From positions 32,001-96,000 of the IMG/VR virus record IMGVR_UViG_3300042398_001385: a DNA stretch of 64,000 bases; one strand, written 5' to 3'. Each line of letters opens with the position of its first letter. Position 1 is the first letter of the stretch. Of the stretch, positions 10,490 to 20,251 are shown piece after piece. The notes under the pieces were generated by a model that worked only from the letters and a program-made list of their open reading frames with translations, searched no databases and was not told where the DNA came from. The position numbers and the translations under genes were made by a program. The stretch is from a virus.

Positions 10490-11203
10490 ATGGCAGAAAT
10501 GAAGCCTTATTGGTTTATAGAATCCCCTATAGATTTTGAATATAAGTATTACGTGCTTATGGCATATCTAATGAAGGTTAAAGGAAGCTTTGGTGAAAAT
10601 GGATTTGAAAAAAATTTCAAGCATCTATTGACGATTAAAAAAGATTTAGAGAGCTTTGTTAAAAATACAGAGCTTAGCCAAAAATCCAGAGCTAAAATGA
10701 CCGAAGACGAGAATGATAATTTTTATAATATATTAGATAGAAATTTAGATTCTATAGGAGAGATAGAGGAGATTGCTAAGAATTCTATAAGCGTTATAGA
10801 TAAATTCATAGAGGAGAATAGTAATTTTTACGAGAAATACAATTCCTTAGTAGATGTGGAAAGTTATTGTTCTAAATATAATCTGTGGGACCAGGGATTT
10901 TTAGTTATAAGAAAAAAAGAGGAAAGGACCATGAGAATATTTAATTGGTTTTTTTCTATAGTTAAAATAGCAAACAAAGAAAACGTAGCTTTATTAATGA
11001 CAGAGTTATTGGATCCTCTATGTGAAACTACTAGTGATATTAAAGGAATAAAAAAATTTCTTAAAGGAAACATAAGAGATTTTTCAGATCAGTATGACTG
11101 TATATTAGTAGCAGACATATCCAATGAGATTGATATGGAAATAGGGACGGAGTTAAGTAAGGAAAAATCTATAGATATTATAATGACTCGATTTAAGCAT
11201 TAG
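10490..11203 (+). CDS. hypothetical protein
   Basis: 237-aa ORF with N-terminal WFIESPIDFEYKYYVLMAYL; TATATA element upstream. Confidence 0.7.
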   Translation: MAEMKPYWFIESPIDFEYKYYVLMAYLMKVKGSFGENGFEKNFKHLLTIKKDLESFVKNTELSQKSRAKMTEDENDNFYNILDRNLDSIGEIEEIAKNSISVIDKFIEENSNFYEKYNSLVDVESYCSKYNLWDQGFLVIRKKEERTMRIFNWFFSIVKIANKENVALLMTELLDPLCETTSDIKGIKKFLKGNIRDFSDQYDCILVADISNEIDMEIGTELSKEKSIDIIMTRFKH

Positions 11204-11750
11204 CTTTTAAATCGTCCATCACAGATTTGGTTTCCTCTACTTCTTCATCTGTAAAATCGAATCTATCAAAAGGAAATTTATCTGCCTTAAAAAGATAAAC
11301 TCTTTCTTCTCCAGCTTCATCTTCTGTTACAACTTCTATTTTAGATCCGTGTCTGTTGATATAAAAATCTGCTCCTCTTCCGTTTTTAAGAATCTTGTTT
11401 CTTATAAAAAGAATAGCTCCTCCTGGCATTTTCGTTTCAGGCTCATATTCGCCAGCTTCTATAATTCTTTCTATCTCAGGGATAATCTTAATTATTTCAG
11501 AGAATGTTTTTTTAGCAAGATCATCTAATGATGAAATTTTCATTGTTGATGATATGAATTCGATTATTTCTTTTTTAAGTTCTGGCTTTTCTATAAAAAT
11601 AGATTTTAAGTCATCAACGAATGATTTGCTATTATAGCCATTTTTTGGATCATTGGAAGAATACTTAAATGGTATATTATAAGTTTTATCCATATTTCCG
11701 GCAGCACTGCTTTCATTTACAAATTGGTTAAAATTAAATATCCTTCTCAT
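11193..11750 (-). CDS. putative internal virion protein
   Basis: N-terminus MRRIFNFNQFVNES resembles the T4 capsid-targeting peptide. Confidence 0.6.
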   Translation of the reverse strand: MRRIFNFNQFVNESSAAGNMDKTYNIPFKYSSNDPKNGYNSKSFVDDLKSIFIEKPELKKEIIEFISSTMKISSLDDLAKKTFSEIIKIIPEIERIIEAGEYEPETKMPGGAILFIRNKILKNGRGADFYINRHGSKIEVVTEDEAGEERVYLFKADKFPFDRFDFTDEEVEETKSVMDDLKANA

Positions 11751-12151
11751 ATTCTATTCGTTATAAGTTTTTTTCTTTCCTCAAATGTCATAGGATTAGA
11801 GGATATCATATCTTTTCCTATTTTAGATATACTTTCCTTATCAAATTTATCGAAAGATGGCTCGCCATCCTTAGAAGAAGATTCTGGTCTACATTCTAAA
11901 AATCCCTCAAAATCTTTTAATTCTAAAAAAACCCCTTGTGAAGTTACACTCAGAAGATCATCCTTAATTAATTTTATTCTTGACCATATAGGTTTTAATA
12001 TATTAGGTTCTCCTATTGTTTCTATTTCATATGAAGATATTACCTCCACATAGAGATCTTTTTTTACCACATAAGAAGATCCACCTGCTTCTAATCCATA
12101 TTTAGATTTAAAATCAGATGTAAAATTATCTATCTTGGATATTTTATTCAT
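11747..12151 (-). CDS. hypothetical late protein
   Basis: Start re-assigned to MNKISKIDNF (ATG at 12151), 7 nt after a GATATATA motif. Confidence 0.6.
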   Translation of the reverse strand: MNKISKIDNFTSDFKSKYGLEAGGSSYVVKKDLYVEVISSYEIETIGEPNILKPIWSRIKLIKDDLLSVTSQGVFLELKDFEGFLECRPESSSKDGEPSFDKFDKESISKIGKDMISSNPMTFEERKKLITNRI

Positions 12152-12158
12152 TTCTACA

Positions 12159-12166
12159 TATATATC
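12159..12166 (-). promoter_or_regulatory. putative late promoter GATATATA
   Basis: Exact motif 7 nt upstream of ATG 12151; back-to-back with a + strand copy. Confidence 0.65.
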
Positions 12167-12185
12167 AGATTCCATAGGATAAAAA

Positions 12186-12193
12186 GATATATA
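12186..12193 (+). promoter_or_regulatory. putative late promoter GATATATA
   Basis: Exact motif 19 nt upstream of ATG 12213. Confidence 0.7.
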
Positions 12194-12212
12194 GTATAAA
12201 AGTATTAACAAA

Positions 12213-12944
12213 ATGGTGATCAGAAGTTATTCACAATTTATATCAGAATCTAAATCTAACAGAGGGGGATATGATATTAGCCAATATACAGATGAAATGT
12301 ATATGTTAGAAAGCGAATATTTAAGACTTCAATCAGAGGGTTTAAACGAGGAGGAAATTAACGAAAATATATTTACTTCATTTTTTAGCTCTTTAGGAGG
12401 TGGTTTTACTGACACGTTTAAAGATTATATAATAGATTGGGCAGCTCAAAAATTTGGTATCGATCCTTTCGATGAGAGCGGACAACCAACTTTTTTCTAC
12501 CAAGTTATTAGAAACGTAATAGAGCAGGTACATTTTACAGATCTAGGAAAATATTTCGGGTCTGGATCATGTAAAAATTGGGCTACTGCTATTATAGAAG
12601 GTTTATCTGAAACATTACAAGAAAGAGGAATAGAATATTTATTACCTAGATTAGGTATGAAAATAGACATGACCGAAGGAATGGGAGGAACTATAGCAGC
12701 AGGATTAAGAGAGGCTTTAACAAACGCTATAAATAATACTTCTTTCATGAATAACATAGAGAAGATGATAAGCGATAAAATATGTGGATTTAAACTTGGA
12801 GACGTTTTATCTGGTGGTAATGTTACAACTTCAGATAAACAGAAAATTCAAGGACAGATAGAAGCAGCTGGTGAAAAAAATCCAGATATATATACACAAG
12901 CAATGAGATCTGGCTTATCCAGTGTTCTCCAATTTAATAAATAA
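12213..12944 (+). CDS. putative internal virion protein
   Basis: MVIRSYSQFISES tag; LNE/INE sites followed by the amphipathic segment NIFTSFFSSLGGG. Confidence 0.6.
   Translation: MVIRSYSQFISESKSNRGGYDISQYTDEMYMLESEYLRLQSEGLNEEEINENIFTSFFSSLGGGFTDTFKDYIIDWAAQKFGIDPFDESGQPTFFYQVIRNVIEQVHFTDLGKYFGSGSCKNWATAIIEGLSETLQERGIEYLLPRLGMKIDMTEGMGGTIAAGLREALTNAINNTSFMNNIEKMISDKICGFKLGDVLSGGNVTTSDKQKIQGQIEAAGEKNPDIYTQAMRSGLSSVLQFNK
12885..12892 (+). promoter_or_regulatory. putative internal late promoter GATATATA
   Basis: Exact motif inside the 3' end of 12213-12944, 57 nt upstream of ATG 12950. Confidence 0.45.
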
Positions 12945-12949
12945 AAAGG

Positions 12950-13201
12950 ATGAATCAGAAAAACGTAAAAAAAAGAGAGATCCTAAGCTATAAGGATTTT
13001 ATGAAGGTCGTTAGCGATCCTTGGAATCCTGATAATCTTAGTAAGGAAGACAGAACAGGGTTACATAAAATATCACCTGAATCTGCATACGATTATGTGG
13101 GATATAAAGATGCTATTTTTAATAAAACATCTAAAATAGATTACCCAGGATATGGCGCTACTGAATCAGGAAGTGCTGCTTCAATAGGAATAACTGAATA
13201 A
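12950..13201 (+). CDS. small hypothetical late protein
   Basis: 83 aa; REILSYKDFM tag-like motif. Confidence 0.6.
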   Translation: MNQKNVKKREILSYKDFMKVVSDPWNPDNLSKEDRTGLHKISPESAYDYVGYKDAIFNKTSKIDYPGYGATESGSAASIGITE

Positions 13202-13213
13202 AAAACATAAAAA

Positions 13214-14047
13214 ATGGATAAAAAAATATTATCTTTCGAAGAATTTAGCTCAAAAAAACCTCAAGAATTGCCAGAAGAGAATGAATTCTGGAATGATATG
13301 GAAATAGAGGAGGAGGAAGAAGAAGAAGATGAAGAGGACGACATGGACCTAGAAGACGAAGAGGAAGATGACATGGACCTAGAAGACGAGGATGAAGAGG
13401 AAGATGACATGGACATGGAAGACGAGGACGAGGATGAAGACGAGGACGAAGAGGAAGATGACATGGACCTAGAAGACGAGGATGAAGACGAGGATGAAGA
13501 CGAGGATGAAGACGAGGATGAAGACGAAGACGAAGACGAGGATGAAGACGAGGATGAAGACGAGGATGAAGACGAGGATGAAGACGAAGACGAAGACGAG
13601 GATGAAGACGAGGATGAAGACGAGGATGAAGACGAAGACGAGGACGAAGACGAGGACGAAGACGAGGACGAAGACGAGGACGAAGACGAGGATGAAGACG
13701 AGGACGAAGACGAGGATGAAGAGGAAGATGACATGGATCTAGGAGACGAGGATGAAGAGGAAGATGACATGGATCTAGGAGACGAGGATGAAGACGAGGA
13801 TGAAGAGGAAGATGACATGGATCTAGGAGACGAGGATGAAGACGAGGATGAAGAGGAAGATGACATGGATCTAGGAGACGAGGAAGAAGAAGACGATGAA
13901 GAAGATGAAGAGGACGACATGGACCTAGAAGACGAAGAGGAGGAGGAAGAAGAAGAAGACACAGAAGAGGAGGATGAATCCGAATTAGAAGGTGAAGAAA
14001 ATAATGAAGTAGAGGTTATACGATTCGATAACTTCTTCGGTAAATAA
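13214..14047 (+). CDS. poly-Asp/Glu acidic protein (possible prohead core or polyanion)
   Basis: 277 aa, almost entirely D/E with DDMDL(E/G)D units, flanked by KILSFEEF and EVIRFDNFFGK. Confidence 0.75.
   Translation: MDKKILSFEEFSSKKPQELPEENEFWNDMEIEEEEEEEDEEDDMDLEDEEEDDMDLEDEDEEEDDMDMEDEDEDEDEDEEEDDMDLEDEDEDEDEDEDEDEDEDEDEDEDEDEDEDEDEDEDEDEDEDEDEDEDEDEDEDEDEDEDEDEDEDEDEDEDEDEDEDEDEDEEEDDMDLGDEDEEEDDMDLGDEDEDEDEEEDDMDLGDEDEDEDEEEDDMDLGDEEEEDDEEDEEDDMDLEDEEEEEEEEDTEEEDESELEGEENNEVEVIRFDNFFGK
13307..13978 (+). repeat. low-complexity tandem repeats (GAAGACGAGGAT 12-mers and GATGACATGGA(C/T)CTAG units)
   Basis: Directly visible; encodes the D/E tract. Confidence 0.9.
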
Positions 14048-14067
14048 TTTTTCCATTAAACATATTT

Positions 14068-14094
14068 AAAGCCCAGATTGATTCCGGGCTTTTT
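14068..14094 (+). terminator. intrinsic terminator
   Basis: AAAGCCC-N11-GGGCTTTTT hairpin with T-tract after the acidic-protein gene. Confidence 0.7.
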
Positions 14095-14105
14095 CTTTGT
14101 TTATC

Positions 14106-14113
14106 GATATATA
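14106..14113 (+). promoter_or_regulatory. putative late promoter GATATATA
   Basis: Exact motif just after the terminator and 4 nt upstream of ATG 14118. Confidence 0.7.
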
Positions 14114-14117
14114 CATT

Positions 14118-15617
14118 ATGGATTACTCATTACTAGAAAAGTTTGTATTTAAGGGAGTTAAAGGAAAGGAAAGACCCTTAACAGTTGTTATATTAACTAC
14201 TAAACTTGGTAAAAGTCTAAAAAATGCTCCAACAACAGATAAGATAATGAAAATCTGTGAGGAGAAGGGAGTTAGATGTATAATAATAGATACTGAAAAA
14301 GGATCTATACAAAAAACAATAAAAGGAACTTTTCTTATATCAAGCAGAGGGGGAAAACAACAAGAAATACATCTGGATAGAACCATAGTATTAACTAGAA
14401 GATCGTCTATAAAAAACAATGCAGCTAAGGGATTTTTTAAAAAAATGGAGGATCTAGGTTTTCCGTGTGTCAATTCCTATGATTCTGTTATTATATGTGA
14501 AGATAAACTACAGACTACAAGAAAATTACAGTTAGCTAAAATACCTGTTCCTAAAACATCATTAATATCATCTGAAGCTGATATAGATAAAGCAGTAGAA
14601 GAGGTTGGTGGTAATTATCCAGTTGTTTGTAAATTTCTATCAGGAACTAAAGGAATAGGTGTATTTATGATAGACTCTAGACCATCTCTAGTTTCTACCT
14701 TACAGGCTTTGTGGCACTTAGCACCAGGGACTGAAATAGTTTTACAAGAAAAAATAGATGCAGATTACGATCTTAGAATACACGTAGTTGCAGAAAGTGA
14801 TGGTATGGCAAGTAGAGAATACAAAGTCATAGCAGCAATGAAAAGAATAAAAATAGAGGGGGATTTTAGAACTAATTTTTCTTTAGGTGGTGAAACGGAG
14901 AATGTTAAGCTTTCGAAAGAAATAGAAAGGATAGCAATAGAATCTGCTAAAGCTACCGGATGTTTATGGTGTGGTGTAGATATTATAGTAGAAAAAGGAA
15001 AAAGTACATCAGCAGAGGAAAAACCTTATGTTCTAGAGGTTAATGCCTCTCCCGGAACTACTGGTATAGAAAAAACAACTGATATTCCTGTAACAGATAT
15101 GGTAGTAGATTTTCTTTTAGATAAGAAAAACTGGGTTAAACCTAAGAAAACTACCGGATTTAGAGAAATGGTGACTATATCTGGAGTAGGAACTTTTGTA
15201 GGTAAATTAGATACTGGTAACGGAGCAACTTCTTGTAGTTTACATGCAGACAGCATAGAGGAATCCGATGGTAAAGTTTACTGGAAGCTAGGTAATCAAG
15301 AATTTGTAAATAAAATAGTAGGTCAATCAAAAGCTGAGGTTGGTGAAAAAATACACCACAGAGCGGTTGTTAATCTCGATGTAGATTTCAATGGTCTTGT
15401 ATATAAGAAAGTTAAGTTCTCATTAGTAGATAGAACTGAAAAAAGTACCCCATTATTACTAAACAGGGATTTTTTAAGTTCCGCCGGATTAGTTGTAGAC
15501 CCTTCGGAGGATTTTGTTTTAACTGACAGACCTGAGGGATATTCACCAAAAGATGCAAAAGGAGATCCTATAGCTGGGGTTAAGGTAGTTAAATCAAACG
15601 GGAATTCCGAGAAATAA
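14118..15617 (+). CDS. rimK: RimK-family ATP-grasp ligase fused to a retropepsin-like (RimB/ATP-dependent Zn protease family) domain
   Basis: DKLQT..L....IPVPKT, YPVVCK..GTKGIGV, LQEKI, DLRIHVV, FRTNFSLGG, GVDI, VLEVNASPG; C-terminal GFRE...KLDTGN..CSLHA...LVDR.....LLNRDFL. Start re-assigned to MDYSLLE. Confidence 0.88.
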   Translation: MDYSLLEKFVFKGVKGKERPLTVVILTTKLGKSLKNAPTTDKIMKICEEKGVRCIIIDTEKGSIQKTIKGTFLISSRGGKQQEIHLDRTIVLTRRSSIKNNAAKGFFKKMEDLGFPCVNSYDSVIICEDKLQTTRKLQLAKIPVPKTSLISSEADIDKAVEEVGGNYPVVCKFLSGTKGIGVFMIDSRPSLVSTLQALWHLAPGTEIVLQEKIDADYDLRIHVVAESDGMASREYKVIAAMKRIKIEGDFRTNFSLGGETENVKLSKEIERIAIESAKATGCLWCGVDIIVEKGKSTSAEEKPYVLEVNASPGTTGIEKTTDIPVTDMVVDFLLDKKNWVKPKKTTGFREMVTISGVGTFVGKLDTGNGATSCSLHADSIEESDGKVYWKLGNQEFVNKIVGQSKAEVGEKIHHRAVVNLDVDFNGLVYKKVKFSLVDRTEKSTPLLLNRDFLSSAGLVVDPSEDFVLTDRPEGYSPKDAKGDPIAGVKVVKSNGNSEK

Positions 15618-17009
15618 TCTTATTACCTCTTTTCTATATTTAATCTGATCATCTATGATCATCTTATTTTTTAAAGCTAGTTTGCTTCTTTCTATTACAG
15701 AATCAGGAACTAATCCCTTAAAAGTATCCTTTAATATCTTTTTATTTTTTCTTTCCTCGAAAGGAAGACTTATAGCAAATCTAATTATATCGTGATTTAA
15801 AAAAGGACTTCTTAATTCTAGTGTATGCGCCATCGATAGCTTATCTAATCGGGGAAGATGATAATAAGTTAATTCGTGAAATATATCAGAATGCTGTGAA
15901 TCATACTCATTTATTCTTCTATATCCACCAAATAATTCATCTGCTCCGTCACCGGATATAACTATTCTTGTATTAGAACCTTTTTTTATTGCATCGAATA
16001 AATGATACTGAGGAACTACACTTCCCATATCAACTGGAGATTCGTTCCATTTTTTGTATATTTCTATGAGATTTTTTTTACCTGAATCGGATTCTATATC
16101 AATATTATAATTTAATCTTTTGGATTCTACATCCCAGTAGTATTCACAAGCTTTTACATATTCTTCATCTTCACCATTAGATATGGAATAAAAATCAACA
16201 TTTCCCCCAAGCTTTAGTAAAAGACCAGCAATTATTGAAGAATCCAATCCCCCTGATAAAAGTAGAGATGTTGGATAATTTTTAGATAATAATCTGGCTT
16301 CTACAGATTTTTCCATCTTATCAAAAAGCCATTCACATCTGTCATCATATGTATTTAGTCCTGCGTCGAAGAAGTTAAAATCGTAGTATTGGTCAGATAC
16401 ATTAATAATATGAGGAGAGTCTAGATTCCATTGATAGAATCTATTAGGTTCAAGCTTTTTTATACCTATAAAAGGAGTTTGTTCTGTAGCTAAATAACCA
16501 AATTTAGTAACGCCTGAAAAGAAAGATCTATCAAAATTGGGTCTTTCATTTTCTTCATATAATCCTTTTATCTCTGAACAGATCTCTCCTTTTTCGTTAC
16601 GATATAAACATTTTTTTCCAAGAGGATCTGTAAAAGCATAAATATCTCTTTTTTTAGTGTCAACCAAAACTATAGCCCAAAATCCATCCCATGAAACTAT
16701 GTGTGAATCATATAAAGCCTGTAGTATACCTATTCCTCCAAATTGGAATGTTGAAAACAATTTTTGTAAATAAGCTGTATCTGATTCGTAATTTCCGTAA
16801 TTAAAAATCTCTCCATTAAACAATAGCCATCTATCTTCACCTATTTGTATAGGCTGTGACCAAGAATCCCCATCTACTGTTTGTATAGGAAGTCTATGAT
16901 GTACTAAACAAAGGTCATCCTTATAAACTACATTATGTTCAATTCCTCTATGAGCAATAGACATTATTCTTTCCTCACTTGCTCTTTTTGCTACTAATAT
17001 ACCACACAT
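15594..17009 (-). CDS. asnB: asparagine synthetase (glutamine-hydrolysing)-like amidotransferase
   Basis: N-terminal MCGI (Ntn Cys), HRG, HRLPI, FNGEIFNY, LSGGLDSS, SGDGADELFGGY and LELRSPFL. Confidence 0.9.
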   Translation of the reverse strand: MCGILVAKRASEERIMSIAHRGIEHNVVYKDDLCLVHHRLPIQTVDGDSWSQPIQIGEDRWLLFNGEIFNYGNYESDTAYLQKLFSTFQFGGIGILQALYDSHIVSWDGFWAIVLVDTKKRDIYAFTDPLGKKCLYRNEKGEICSEIKGLYEENERPNFDRSFFSGVTKFGYLATEQTPFIGIKKLEPNRFYQWNLDSPHIINVSDQYYDFNFFDAGLNTYDDRCEWLFDKMEKSVEARLLSKNYPTSLLLSGGLDSSIIAGLLLKLGGNVDFYSISNGEDEEYVKACEYYWDVESKRLNYNIDIESDSGKKNLIEIYKKWNESPVDMGSVVPQYHLFDAIKKGSNTRIVISGDGADELFGGYRRINEYDSQHSDIFHELTYYHLPRLDKLSMAHTLELRSPFLNHDIIRFAISLPFEERKNKKILKDTFKGLVPDSVIERSKLALKNKMIIDDQIKYRKEVIRLFLGIPV

Positions 17010-17011
17010 AT

Positions 17012-17548
17012 TTAAATTCTTCTAATTTCTTGTTTAAACCTCACTACCGACTCCAAATCGAAGTTATTATTGAAAACCTTTACATCCACTCCCAAGTCTC
17101 TTAAAAGCAAAGAAAACTCAGTGAAAAGGGATCTTTCTTCTTCTACTCTAGAATCGTCCTGATCCCATATATCTTTAGTTCTTTTTTCTGACCATTGTCC
17201 TTGAACAACTATTATTTTAGTATTCCTAAAAAGTCCTCTTTTGTTAAAATTTATAAGATCTTTTTCTGCTTGCTTTTTAGTTACTCTTCCTTGAAAAACG
17301 CCCCAAACAGAATTGGTAAGTATTCCTCTGTCGACTACCATTTTATCTAGAAATCCGGATGAATTTAATTCGTGAAGCATTACCTCTTTGCCTAACCCAA
17401 ACCAATGGACCTCTTCGGATTGCTTACCAAAGTCCCAGGTAGAAAAATTGGAATTAAAATCGAATTTAAAAACGGGAAGATCCGTTTGTTTTGATATAAG
17501 ATATGATTTACCGGATTTTCTTGATCCTTCTACAATAATAAGGGGCAT
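17012..17548 (-). CDS. P-loop nucleotide kinase (thymidylate/dNMP kinase-like)
   Basis: IIVEGSRKSGKS Walker A and VDRGILT motif. Confidence 0.65.
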   Translation of the reverse strand: MPLIIVEGSRKSGKSYLISKQTDLPVFKFDFNSNFSTWDFGKQSEEVHWFGLGKEVMLHELNSSGFLDKMVVDRGILTNSVWGVFQGRVTKKQAEKDLINFNKRGLFRNTKIIVVQGQWSEKRTKDIWDQDDSRVEEERSLFTEFSLLLRDLGVDVKVFNNNFDLESVVRFKQEIRRI

Positions 17549-17607
17549 AACCTTTGTTTATGATTATACCCCTAAAGTAATTAAAAATTTCTATTATTCT
17601 TGTTTTT

Positions 17608-19620
17608 TTATGCTGCACTAACCCCGTCGGCGTATGTCATTTTTCCTCCTGCTGCCTTAAGTACTTTTAATAGAGTAGATTTTAAGTTATCTCCTGTGTA
17701 TGTCTTGCCTTTAAATGTCATGCTCCTACCTCCTTTGTCCCATGTACCTCTTATTGCTGTAGCAATCTTTCCTGTATATGTTCCCGTGTTAAATTGCCCT
17801 TGGTCATCAAAGAATATGAACAATTTACTAAGATCAGTATCCCAGTCTAAACTTACATTAAGATATCCTTCAACCCACCATCTTTTTCCTTCAGCATCCC
17901 ATTTTAGATCTTTACCTAGCCATTCAGCAACCTTAGATATTTCTTTAGCTTGGTTCATTTTTCTTGCTTCTGCAAAATTTAATTTACATTCTATAAAATC
18001 AGATAAGTCTTTTTCTGCGCCCATCAAAGAAAATTTTATCGTCTTAGATGATTTTTTGTAAGTTCCTGGGTAGCTTTTAAATGATGTAAATTTACCAGGT
18101 AAGTAGTATTTATAATCAGTATTTCCTGCCCTGTATATAACTGCTGTTACATATCCTGCAGTTCCGTAGGATATTGTACTTTCTACATAATATCTTTTTT
18201 CCTTATCAGAATCTATAGTAGATTTGCTGTTATATTTTTTAAATTCTGTGAATAGATCCTCCATCTCCTGAATACTTAATTCTCTAGAATCTAATAATTC
18301 GCTATCATATTTAGAACCGTATTCTTTCCATGCTTTTCTTATATAGCTGTTATTATGATCTCCTTCTTTATCCAAATTGTTATTTTTTGCCCAATCTCCT
18401 TGATTTTTAATTACCCATTCTCTAAATTTATTTCCTTCAGTCTCATTTGCAAAAGGGGTTTTAGGTAGTTCATCCATTTTAAATTTTGGAGGAGCGGTAG
18501 AAGAAGATTTAGAGCCGGAAGATTTAGAACCAGAAGATGATCCAGATCCTCCTTTACTCATAGCAGCAATAGCAGCATCAACATCAAAATCGTCCGATTC
18601 ATTAACTCTGTTTCTCATAAAATCAGAGAAAGTTACTATCTTATAATTATTGTCTATAGAAATACTCTCTTTCAGACTTGTTAGAACCTCTACGAATGCT
18701 TTGGTTATATTACCTGTAGTATCTCCGGATAATGTTGTATATTTTTTAACCAATCCTGCTTTAACCCCCCTTATAACGTTTGCAGTATTTGCTCTTAAAG
18801 TAGGACCAGGATTACTAGGATTTTTATATACGATTTTCCAATCTGGCTGTTCCGCTAATTTTGTACTTTTATATTTATTATAAATTAGTAACTTAACTGC
18901 CTTTATTGTCTCTGCTTGTTTTCCAGTATAAGCAGCTTTTCTTTGTACAATTGTTTCTGCTACTTCTATTTTACCCGTTGATCCTGTACCTCCTGTACCT
19001 CCTGTACCTCCTGTAGATCCTTTTACATTTAATTTTGTTAAATATAATTTAGCCTCGTCAAATAGATCTTTAATTTCTTGTATTTTAGTTTCTAACTCTC
19101 TGTTTGATTGATCTACTGGTCTTTCTTCTATATCTTTGTTCTTGTCGTCTGACCATTTTTTAGAAAGTTCCTCGTACTCAGTAGCTATTTCTACGTATTG
19201 ATCTCTAAGTGTTCTTATTATAACATCATCCTTTCCTATTTCGAATTCACCGCCCTCTTTTTTAGCTTTGTCGTACGTACTAACTAAAAGATCTAGAACT
19301 CTATTTTTAAGAGAGTTCATAGAATCTAAATTTGTTTCGTAGTATTTATATCCAGCAGATCCACTTCTAGCAGTATTCATCATCGAGCTAACTTCTGCCA
19401 TTATCTGATCTCTTAATAGCTCAAGAGCATTTATGAAAGCATTCGTTTTAAATTTTCCGCTAGCATCTGAAAATTTATCCTCGTATTTTTTTTTCTTTCT
19501 GTTTACTCTATCAACCTTATCCCCGGATGCTGTTCTATCTTTACCTCTAGCCTCTTCTAGGGGAGATACAGATTTCATGTTTTCTAATAGGGAAGAAAAT
19601 TTATTGCTAAAATATTTCAT
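17608..19620 (-). CDS. large putative virion (internal head/ejection) protein
   Basis: 670 aa with LLE/LEE/LKE/VNE sites, internal KIVTFSDFM..VNES tag, a GSTGGTGGTG linker and coiled coils. Confidence 0.55.
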   Translation of the reverse strand: MKYFSNKFSSLLENMKSVSPLEEARGKDRTASGDKVDRVNRKKKKYEDKFSDASGKFKTNAFINALELLRDQIMAEVSSMMNTARSGSAGYKYYETNLDSMNSLKNRVLDLLVSTYDKAKKEGGEFEIGKDDVIIRTLRDQYVEIATEYEELSKKWSDDKNKDIEERPVDQSNRELETKIQEIKDLFDEAKLYLTKLNVKGSTGGTGGTGGTGSTGKIEVAETIVQRKAAYTGKQAETIKAVKLLIYNKYKSTKLAEQPDWKIVYKNPSNPGPTLRANTANVIRGVKAGLVKKYTTLSGDTTGNITKAFVEVLTSLKESISIDNNYKIVTFSDFMRNRVNESDDFDVDAAIAAMSKGGSGSSSGSKSSGSKSSSTAPPKFKMDELPKTPFANETEGNKFREWVIKNQGDWAKNNNLDKEGDHNNSYIRKAWKEYGSKYDSELLDSRELSIQEMEDLFTEFKKYNSKSTIDSDKEKRYYVESTISYGTAGYVTAVIYRAGNTDYKYYLPGKFTSFKSYPGTYKKSSKTIKFSLMGAEKDLSDFIECKLNFAEARKMNQAKEISKVAEWLGKDLKWDAEGKRWWVEGYLNVSLDWDTDLSKLFIFFDDQGQFNTGTYTGKIATAIRGTWDKGGRSMTFKGKTYTGDNLKSTLLKVLKAAGGKMTYADGVSAA

Positions 19621-19632
19621 CTTTTATTTTTT

Positions 19633-20223
19633 TTATACTTTTTTTGTTTCCTGTTTAGCTTTTTCTAAAGTAGTTAATGCGTTAGTTATAAACTCTTTAA
19701 CCGCTGTAACTAAAGCAGTATTTGTAATTTCTGTCCCATATTTTTGCGAATAAGCTGACAGTAACTGAGATATCTTAGCAACTCCTTTATTTATTGAATC
19801 GTAAGCCTTTTTAAAATCCTCTGAGCTTTCTGCTATCTTTTTTACCTCTGTAGAAGCATTCATTGTCTGCCATTTAGTAATAATATCTTTAGAAATTATG
19901 TCCAAATTTATATCAGCTTTTTGTGAGTTTAATTTAATAAAATCAAACATCTCTGCTGCATATCTAGCTTTAACAGTTTCGTCAGTTATAGAATTCATAA
20001 AATAATTATACTCATCATATATTAACTGAAATATCTTAACAGCATATTCAGTGGCATATTTTATTTTATATTCTGATGTTCCTGGTTTTAAAAAAGCACC
20101 AGTACCTCCAGTAGATCCTTGATCTATAAGTGTTTCTCCCTCCTCATTTATTCTTGAATATTTCTTAGCAGTTTCTGTAATAGATTCAAAAAGAGGGTTA
20201 TATTCTAATCTTTTATTGTACAT
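19633..20223 (-). CDS. hypothetical late/virion protein
   Basis: YNPLFESITE..INE N-terminus and GSTGGTG; GATATATA upstream. Confidence 0.6.
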   Translation of the reverse strand: MYNKRLEYNPLFESITETAKKYSRINEEGETLIDQGSTGGTGAFLKPGTSEYKIKYATEYAVKIFQLIYDEYNYFMNSITDETVKARYAAEMFDFIKLNSQKADINLDIISKDIITKWQTMNASTEVKKIAESSEDFKKAYDSINKGVAKISQLLSAYSQKYGTEITNTALVTAVKEFITNALTTLEKAKQETKKV

Positions 20224-20240
20224 TTTTTAAGATTTTTATT

Positions 20241-20248
20241 TATATATC
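20241..20248 (-). promoter_or_regulatory. putative late promoter GATATATA
   Basis: Exact motif 17 nt upstream of ATG 20223. Confidence 0.7.
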
Positions 20249-20251
20249 ATA

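Noticed and set aside
13261-13962. Poly-Ser ORF (minus strand) and the KTRM-repeat ORF at 13482-13742
   Set aside because: Shadow frames of the GAx repeat that encodes the D/E protein; no independent expression signals.
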